A stretch of 58,267 nucleotides of DNA, filler included, from Sphacelaria rigidula (lineage: Eukaryota): NCBI GenBank assembly GCA_964200075.2. It is 9 parts of 9 records of this genome, joined end to end, with 100 filler letters (N's around TTAATTAATTAA, not from the genome) between each part and the next. Parts side by side here need not be neighbours in the genome. Positions count along the whole stretch, not along the records: positions 45,398 to 51,782 come from CAXNAA020020404.1; positions 51,883 to 58,267 come from CAXNAA020020405.1; 7 more parts are not named here. The stretch is one strand, 5' to 3'. Of this stretch, positions 50,521 through 58,267 are shown piece after piece. Position 1 is the first letter of the stretch, and every line of letters begins with the position of its first letter. Made by a program: the position numbers and the translations under genes. Below the pieces are notes generated by a model. It saw only the letters and a program-made list of their open reading frames with translations. It did not search any database and had not been told where the DNA came from.

Positions 50521-50615
50521 CCCCTTGGCCATGAGGGTAGTCCATCTGGATCATGCATACTTCTTTCAAGAAAGATTAAAGCCGATAACGGATCACCTAT
50601 GCTACCCTTGAAGGG
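50521..50615. mobile_element. Diverged intronic copy of the piggyBac-like MITE
   Basis: CCCCTTGGCCATGAGGGTAGTCCATCTGGATCATGCATACT...AAGGG. Confidence 0.6.
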
Positions 50616-50667
50616 TTTCTGAGACAAAACAGAGAAGCGGGAAAAAGAACCGAACAAGGTAACTTAC

Positions 50668-50692
50668 CTGCCCACAAGTACCCCTTTGGGTC
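50668..50692 (-). CDS. Putative 25-nt microexon upstream of the large exon
   Basis: cttccttag|GACCCAAAGGGGTACTTGTGGGCAG|gtaagt ends in phase 2 and joins to give PKGVLVGRFRKLIEAAL. Confidence 0.55.
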
Positions 50693-51460
50693 CTAAGGAA
50701 GATTTACAAAACTGGCTTGCTGAGAGGAGCGGCGACTCATTCCGCTACACCCACAGCACAAGTGCATCACGCCTGGCGCTAGCTGTTGCCAGTGTATACA
50801 CAATGCTGTTTGTTTCACGGCCACTCTTTCGGTATCGCCCGAGGATCGCCCGTATGTCCGCACAATAAATTTCTCAACATGGAGCCGTGAGCAATTTGGG
50901 GACGTCTTATACGGCGCCTGACAGAAATCATTGTGTCTCATTCAACATTGAACCGATTCGCCCCGAGCCGAAAACGTCGTACTCAGGTAATCATTGGCTG
51001 GATTGTGTACGTGTAGTGTGCTTCCATCGTGTGCTTCAGTCACGCTCATTAAGATTTCCAATTTTGTACCCGACTGCGTCCAATGCGGAATGAGTGCGGA
51101 TATTATTCACTAGACGGGTGTACCGTAGTACTTTTTACAGCAACAGTCATTACGCCGCTGATTCATGTTGCTGTTCATGGCGAATACTATCTGAGCCAGC
51201 CGACAGTCTCTTCTTGTCAGTTTACAGGTGATACGACACATCAACACGCGCACCATCTCACCATCTCAGGGAATGCCAAGAAGAAGAAAAAAACAGGAGG
51301 AGTAATTTGAAACTTCAACCAAAACTAGAAAATGTCGAAGAAAAAAACGGCGGCATCCGTCACGAATTTTGTACTTGCGCGCAGAAGATCATGAGATTCC
51401 GGCTAAATACTCCCGGAATTGGGTCGAGAGTGGAACTTTTCGTGTGACGCCGGCCGCTGC

Positions 51461-51530
51461 ACCCCGGTGGTCCACCTGATATAGGAGCCTCTATTTACAA
51501 GGGTAACGAGTTCGAATTCCGACACGGATA
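51461..51530 (+). mobile_element. Degenerate tRNA-like SINE head
   Basis: CCCCGGTGGTCCACCTGA ... GAGTTCGAATTCC. The downstream AAGGCCGCTTC.TAT motif is also at about 45237. Confidence 0.35.
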
Positions 51531-51782
51531 TGTTTTTTCCTAGAAGGCCGCTTCTTATAGACTGAAAAAGAGTCTGTCTGAGAACTGCCCTTTTGAACCT
51601 TTCACCTCAGATTATTGGCGGAATACGGGCCTTGGCGGATTTGGGCCCCTCGGAAAGATTTGAATATTTTTCACGAGGATTCCAACGCCGCTTGTCCGAT
51701 CTTTCGTACTCCCAGTTTCACTCTTGACCAGATCCTGGATTTTTTCAGTCGCCGCGAAAATCGTCCAGTTGTCGGGAAAAAT

Positions 51783-51882
51783 NNNNNNNNNNNNNNNNNN
51801 NNNNNNNNNNNNNNNNNNNNNNNNNNTTAATTAATTAANNNNNNNNNNNNNNNNNNNNNNNNNNNNNNNNNNNNNNNNNNNN
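51783..51882. other. Artificial contig linker
   Basis: N44-TTAATTAATTAA-N44. Confidence 0.98.
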
Positions 51883-51900
51883 TGTCAGGAGGTCAGTGAG

Positions 51901-51978
51901 AGGGGTTGGGGTTGTACTCATTTGTGGCTTGCCTTGGTCGTATGACCATTAACCACGCATCCCTTTCGAGACGGAGCG
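51901..51978 (-). mobile_element. LINE 3' fragment with C-rich tail
   Basis: APSRKGCVVNGHTTKASHK-stop followed by GTACAACCCCAACCCC. Confidence 0.8.
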
Positions 51979-53814
51979 GGTGGAGGAACCAGGGGAGACA
52001 TACGTCGATCCCTTAGGACCATGAACTCGTCCAGAGAAGTGGGCGGGGGGGGGGATTGAAAGTGTGACAGGAAATAACAAACAAAAAAAACACCGAATGG
52101 CATGCACATATCAAATGTCATCGCCTAATTTATCACCGAATAGCCGAATTAGGTATGTGTCAAACGTCAAAAATGCCACTTCGCGGAAGAGACAGCGCTG
52201 CATCCACCACCCCAAGCTCAACCGCCAGAGCTACCACGTACACTGTACTACTCATCATGGCTGCACAAACTCTCGCTTGGCCCTCGGGTACCGCCGTCGT
52301 GTGGGGCGCGCGTTTGAACTGCCTGCACGTCTTCCATCCAGAAGACTAGGCCCGAAGCTCATGAGAGTAGGGCGGCACGTGCACTGCACCAGGTCGACAG
52401 GGGCTCAATATGGGTCGATCCCCCGCACGGCCTCAAGCAAAGGTTGCGAACGCTCGAGGCGATTACCCCACGTCCACATCACTGCCAGGAGGCAGCTAAT
52501 CCGAGCCTTCAGGTAATCGTCACACGAACCCGCTCGCGGGATGAGTGTTGGGTCAGGTTTCTTCCTTTCTAGAATGAAAGAAAAAAAAAAGTATTCAATC
52601 TCAACCGGACATTTTTTGGGGACTTGAGAACTCCGCAGCTTTGGGTGCCGGCAGCGGATGTCCACGTTCCACACAAGACCCCGATTCTTCTGCGGTGGAG
52701 GACAAAAATGGCACGGTTCTCCTGTAACAGCGCGAGGCAATAGTATGCGGTGCTTGCGCCCTGGAGTGCAGCACGTGCTGGGAACAGTTTGTTCGACCCC
52801 CCAAGGACTACTATCCAAGATTCTGCTATCGCAGGCTGGGGGGGGAGGGGGAGGAGGCACTGAAGCAGTCATACTCAATCGCGTACAGTTTCCATGAGCA
52901 CCGGAAGTCCAGATATTGCTGAGTGCCTTCACGACAAGTACCAAGGCACACCGCGACATTCACATCGGTAGGTAGGATACAACGTGCTGGGCACAGCAGG
53001 GCGATCAGGACGTCTGCCTCTGATCATCGATAGCTCCGCGAACTTTCATCCCCCGTTACACCCCGTAAGACATGAGATGCAATGAACAGGGGACGCTTCC
53101 TCCGGATTCATGTAAAAAATGATATTTCGTATGACGCTTGACGTTTGCACACAAAGGAATGCCGGAGAGAAGTGGGAAACAGATGTAGTCACTTAAATTT
53201 CAAAGACGCAAACACCCGTTGGCGAGCAGATGCGAAGCCAGCCAATACTGCACCCCCAGGCACACGAAAAAAACGGTCATGAAGGTCGGCGGGACGGCGC
53301 AGCTGCTAAAGTGCCCATGACAAGCGAGGAATAGGGCAACATAAGCAGCATCGGAAGCGAGCAATGACATGCAAGATGGAGCCTCGGTCAACATACTCGC
53401 TTCTGCTTGCGAGTCGCGCCTGAGCGAATCGGGCTACGCTACAAAGAGCTTCCATCGCCACCGATCTCGATCGAATTTATCCGCAACCCTGTAGCAACGC
53501 GCTTGAGATGCGGCAGTCTTTCAAAGGCGTCCATCTCGGCAACTACAGGTTTTGCCGACCACTACTCATACAGGCGTTTCGCATCGCAAGACCTTCCCGG
53601 GGACGCAGCGTTCAGTCTTCATATTCTTCAGCAGCGCCGTGCAGGACTGTACACAATCGTACGATAGTGGTCGACGCTAACCCTTTTGGAGCCGTCCCCC
53701 CCATCCCCGGGTCAGACGCCTGATTCCATCGAGCCTTGGAAAAAAAAAAACTATATATATATATATGGGAAAACGGAGGAAGACCGAGCCCAACCATGGA
53801 TAGAAATCAATAGC

Positions 53815-53908
53815 CATCAATAGAGGGCGGGGGGGCGTACTCATTTGTTGCTTGCCTTAGTCGTTTGACCATTGATCATACCTCCCTTACGAGATGCATC
53901 CATAGAGG
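53815..53908 (-). mobile_element. LINE 3' fragment (~61 nt) with C tail and TSD
   Basis: Ends ...AACAAATGAGTACG followed by a short C-run. It is flanked by CATC(A/C)ATAGAGG at 53815-53826 and 53897-53908. Confidence 0.8.
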
Positions 53909-56020
53909 AGAAGGTCGAGGAAAAATACCCAACAGCACACGCCGGGGGCTACAAAAAACGTCACCCCGGTGTGGTCGGGCCATTGTCGTCCAATAAGAGC
54001 ATGCTCCGGGTGGAGTGTTCACCATCGCATTCATGTCGTCATATCATCGGTCAGTCGTAGCATGATAAAAATCCCATACCGCAAATCGTCAGCATGAGGT
54101 CTAGCAGTTCCCGGGTTCAGCATGTCGCGTTTGTGGAGGTGACAGCAGCATGCAGGAGCATGCAAAGTTGTAAACCCCATGCTGTACAGATTGTTATCCT
54201 GTACGTACTATTAATGTGAATAATGGATGGTGACGATGACCATGTAAGCGAGCGGCACCCCGCTCTCCGTGCCCTGTTGTACATATCGCGGCTTTTCGTC
54301 ATGCGTAAATGAGCAGACAGGGAGGGAGGGCTGTGTTATCGTCTTCCTCCACTGGCGGCAGCATCAGCCAATTAGCCAAGCCAAGAGATAGCTTTGGTCT
54401 AGCCTTGACTCGACACGTTTATTCCTTCATCTCAGAAAAATTGCTGCTCGAGCTGTGAGTCAGGTAGAATTATGAGTTTTGTCTATCAGTTCTCGCTTGC
54501 CGAAGGTGATTCTGGCGTCTGACTGTGAGTAAAGCGTTACTAGGCCCATTATGTTTCAAAGCACATGATGCTGGTTAGATCGTCTATCGTGTAGCCCGTG
54601 CAAGGAGGGAGGGGCCGTTGACGGCATGCCCGAAACAGGGAAAGGATGTATCAGTGCGAAATTGTAAGTGGCCCAGCTCACGCCTGCGGCATACATGAAG
54701 GTTGTGTTCATTGTTACTGTACAAAATATGACACGCCCTCCAGGTGCTGATAATGGATTGCTGTACGCGTGGAGGACAATAGTGCTTGATAGCGTGCTAC
54801 TTATTATTTTGTGTCCCCCGGCTGTCTGTACTGTCGGCTCGTACTGTGTATGAACAAAAGGCAGCGAACCGGTCGACAATGCGTGACGTTGCCGTCCATT
54901 GCTGCGGGTGTGCGGATCTGAGAATCCAGCGTTCTGTCTAATATACCGGATAAAAAAACTGGTAATGCATCAACCACAGTTGCACGGAATATCGTCAGTC
55001 CGAAATTGCCAGTCTTTATACAAAGAGCTCCCAAAAGGGTTAGCAGCGCTTTTTAAAATCATCGGCACCCCAGTTCATTACTCGGCGCAGTCTCGCTCAC
55101 GCCCCCCAAAGGTTGGTGAGGGGGCCTCACCGGAGGGGCCGCCTGATCCAAGGAAGTGTTGAAGCTCAAGATCGTGTCACTTGGCTTGCGGTCAAATTGT
55201 GCTCGGAACTATTGCTTTTCCGGGTGACATGGCGTGCCCGTGTACGAAAACGCGGAGATGTTTTTTTAGGATTTTCATAGAAAATAATGGAGCAGAACCC
55301 CTGCTCGATTTCGAGACAAGTGAGGCGTAGATTTTCGCTTTACATCGCGTTCATGGGGCACATGCTTTGCAAGTGGTGCACGCTGGGCAATACTACTGCT
55401 GCAACATGCGCGGAGACAACATACCGTCCGCCGATGCTTTCGCATTCTTGGCACTTTGCGGGCGATACCGGCATACCTAGAGCATGTTTTAAAATAGTGC
55501 TGCAATGCGTGTCACATCGTCTCGACTGCGCCGTTCGGCACTGCTGCTGTACCACACAGACAGTACTCCTTCACCGGTCGCGAAGCACAGCAGTACAGGA
55601 CAATTCTTGTGCCAGTGCCCTCCACTGCACACAATCTACGCCGTTCTCGTCTCTGCATGAGTGTTTACAACACTGTCCACTACCTCAACAACACAGCAGG
55701 TGACAGACAGTTGGCAAAAACTGCCCAAAAGAGTAAAAACCACCCCATGTTTTGTGACCCTGAACTACTCAGTGTGTTGCTACATAAATGGTGAGACAAA
55801 GTTTGACTGCGAGACAAGCAGTGACAGGTGACCGTTCGGAGAACATAACCGACCATTTGACAAATCGAAAGTATCGAGATAATCACGGCTCTCCCTCATT
55901 AGCCCGCATCTTATCCAAACACTTCCTGGGGACACGCATGGTTGATCTGACCGTATACTCGGCTGATACGTGAACCCTACCCCTCCCCTTCGAAAAAAAG
56001 CACATCCACCCCCTCGCTTT

Positions 56021-56109
56021 GCTCCGTCTCGAAAGGGATGCGTTGTCAATGGTCAGATAACTAAGGCGAGCAACAGATGGATACGCCCCCCCCCCCCCCC
56101 CCCCTCCCC
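56021..56109 (+). mobile_element. LINE 3' fragment with long C-run
   Basis: GCTCCGTCTCGAAAGGGATGCG...CAACAGATGGATACG followed by a C-run of about 18 nt. Confidence 0.8.
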
Positions 56110-56124
56110 GATCCACCCATCGGA

Positions 56125-56345
56125 CTGTGCGGAGTGGGAGAACCTCAATTCCGCGCAAAGGAGATGGTACGGTGTTGGTCCTGGGTACCCCAAAAAACAT
56201 TGGTCCGAGTGTAAAGCTCAAATCAACGAAAGCGGGGAGCTCGACCTCTCAAACAAACCTCGTAGTGGGCGGCCGTCACATCTTACCCCAACCAAAGCTG
56301 CGCTGCGGAAGATCAACAAGGAGAATCGGTCGTTCACGCTCAGGG
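56125..56345 (+). pseudogene. Tc1/mariner-like transposase N-terminal (HTH) remnant
   Basis: ESGELDLSNKPRSGRPSHLTP...INKENRSFTLR resembles the conserved dkpRSGRP linker and the second HTH start of Tc1/mariner transposases. No DDE domain was found. Confidence 0.55.
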
Positions 56346-57024
56346 ACAAATTTAGCCCCCCGAAAAAAGAGGCAAAATACGGCCAACTTAGGGCCTACTG
56401 TTTTTCTCTCGGCCGTTCATGCATGCAGGGGGGGTGCATGCAAAAAAAAAAAAACGGAGTTCAACTGAAAAAATGCCGAAGATTTGAAAAAAAAATCGCC
56501 TACGGCATCGGATACCGTTAAGGGTCCGTGCAATCATAGGGACCTTTATCTATGGCACAGAGGAAGTATATCGTTATCGTACGCGGTGAGGGCTTCGTGG
56601 TTGGTGCTTGGCCCGACAGATAAGCCACACACCTTGGTCCGGGTGGTGAAAAGGAAAACGGGTTCAAGTCCTTGCGGTAATGCAACATGATCTTGGTCAG
56701 GCGATCAAGAAAACCAGATGGCCGGGTGCGTGGATCTAATATGAGAAGATGTTCGCCGCAACTGGCCAATGCCCACTTGCACAAGGATCGGTCCAGTCGA
56801 TTGTCAGCGCTGCCGTGTTGCTGCCAGCCTCTCCCGTACGTTGTGCTACTTTTCGAGATTTTTCGTTACACAACCTCCTTCCCGCAGTTTCTGATTTATT
56901 CGAGTGCACTCAACTCATGCCCACGGTTTTTCCTGGTGGAAAGACCAACGATCCGAAAGTTGGATAAAATATGGTGTTTTCCTACAGGCTGGTTCACGCT
57001 CATCACCCCAAAAAACGCTCATCG

Positions 57025-57295
57025 GCAAAACTCCACGCCGTTTTGAAGAGTTAGACACTGAAATTTAGCACGAATGTTATATGGGTCATTACGCAACTCA
57101 GCAGGAACGTTTGTTTCTTTTTTTACTTTTTCACCGTTTTTCGGGGGTCCCAGTTTTTCTGCGGAAACTTCGACCGAATCGGACCCCCGTAAAACGGTAA
57201 CAAAAAAAAAAAAACGTTCCTGCAAAGTTGCGTAATGTCCCAAAGCACAGTTGTGCAAGACTTCAGGGTCTAACTCCTTTAAACGGCGTGAAGTT
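57025..57295. repeat. ~270-bp imperfect palindrome (foldback/MITE)
   Basis: CACGCCGTTT..GAGTTAGAC.CTGAA..CATTACGCAACT..GCAGGAACGTTT..ACCGTTTT.CGGGGGTCC is mirrored at 57181-57292. A related partial copy lies at 57510-57600. Confidence 0.8.
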
Positions 57296-58267
57296 CTCGG
57301 CCTTTGTGCGATGAATTTTGCCGTACCGTGGTGGAACCGCGAACTACGTGACTTCAGTCACAAAACGGCGTTTTTGGGCCTTCGTTGACGTGAACATGGA
57401 AATTCAAGCATCAGTTGATCGAGTTTTGCGACGAAAAATTGTGGAGCCCATCCTTCGGTCATGCGGAGGCAAATAGTTTGCGAAAATGAAAAAAAATATC
57501 GTTGTGCGTTTTTCTGGGGTCCCAGAATGGAGACTACTTCGAAAAACGACTTCGCTCCCGTCGGACCTCCGAAAAACGGTGAAAAACTCAAAAGTACAAA
57601 AACCATCGTCCGTAGAAAGTCGTGTAATGATGCATAGCATATTTATGCAGAGTTTCAGTATCTCACTCCTAATGACAGCGTGAAAATTTGCGCGTTTGTG
57701 GAGGACGTCGGCTTGAAACGTGCAACCCCTAACTACTTGGTTTTAGTATGGAAACGTCTTTTGGGGTAAATTTGACGTCAAGGCAAGAAAAACTGTATGA
57801 AATCTTCGAGTTTCTCCGCCAAACTTTGTACATGTGTTCCTTGGACTCTCCCGGGACGCACCATTTCATTATTTTTCTTTTAGGGTATTCTGTACCGCCT
57901 TCCGGGGGACTTCATGCTGGAACCCCCGGCAGCCGGTAGAGAACGGAGAAAACATGATATATAATCAAGATTACAATTTTGCCATTTTGAGCATCAACAC
58001 CTACGGAACTGCCGAGTTTGAGGGCGATCTGAGCTTTTCTACAACAGATGTAGGGGATACCGTCACGAGACTCCCCGGGTCTTTCGTGCGTATCATTAGT
58101 GGAAATTAAACGACGCTAACACCCGACATCACCGAAACATCACGGTTTCGGGTATAATTCGACCCCTGTAGTAACTGTTTAAAAAATATGACCTTCTCCT
58201 TAGATTCCCGTGTCGATGACGGTTACTACGGTTTGAAGCATGTAGAGATTGGGTGAAAATTGGGCTT

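Noticed and set aside
6387..51882. Regular ~6485-bp periodic TTAATTAATTAA motif as a biological repeat or PacI-site array
   Set aside because: It is embedded symmetrically in N runs and identical each time, so it is a synthetic six-frame-stop linker.
57293..57310. U2 snRNA 5' end (TTCTCGGCCTTT)
   Set aside because: Only about 12 nt match, and no branch-recognition or Sm site follows.

Overview
This is not contiguous DNA. It is nine unrelated contigs of 6385-6386 bp joined by an identical artificial 100-bp linker (N44-TTAATTAATTAA-N44), so adjacency across linkers means nothing. The DNA is eukaryotic and rich in introns and repeats. Long introns, C-rich acceptor tracts and tRNA-SINEs suggest a brown alga or related stramenopile (inference). 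Recognisable coding pieces are the 3' part of a hAT transposase, the N-terminal exons of a DCAF4/WDR21-like gene, a HECT E3 ligase exon, two exons of cytochrome bc1 subunit 7 (QCR7/UQCRB), exons of several uncharacterised genes, a decayed APE-endonuclease LINE and a Tc1/mariner fragment. Intergenic and intronic space holds many MITEs (hAT-type with 8-bp TSD, piggyBac-type with TTAA), foldback palindromes, hairpin arrays and SINEs. The most unusual signal is a non-LTR retroelement whose 3' end (...CAACAAATGAGTACG) is followed by C-runs rather than poly(A) in six copies (a seventh is cut at a contig end). Two copies have target-site duplications that begin with C, including a 9-nt insertion with a perfect 14-bp TSD. 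Two copies lie sense-oriented in the polypyrimidine tract of a host splice acceptor. This suggests a LINE that targets C-rich tracts and preserves or rebuilds intron acceptors.
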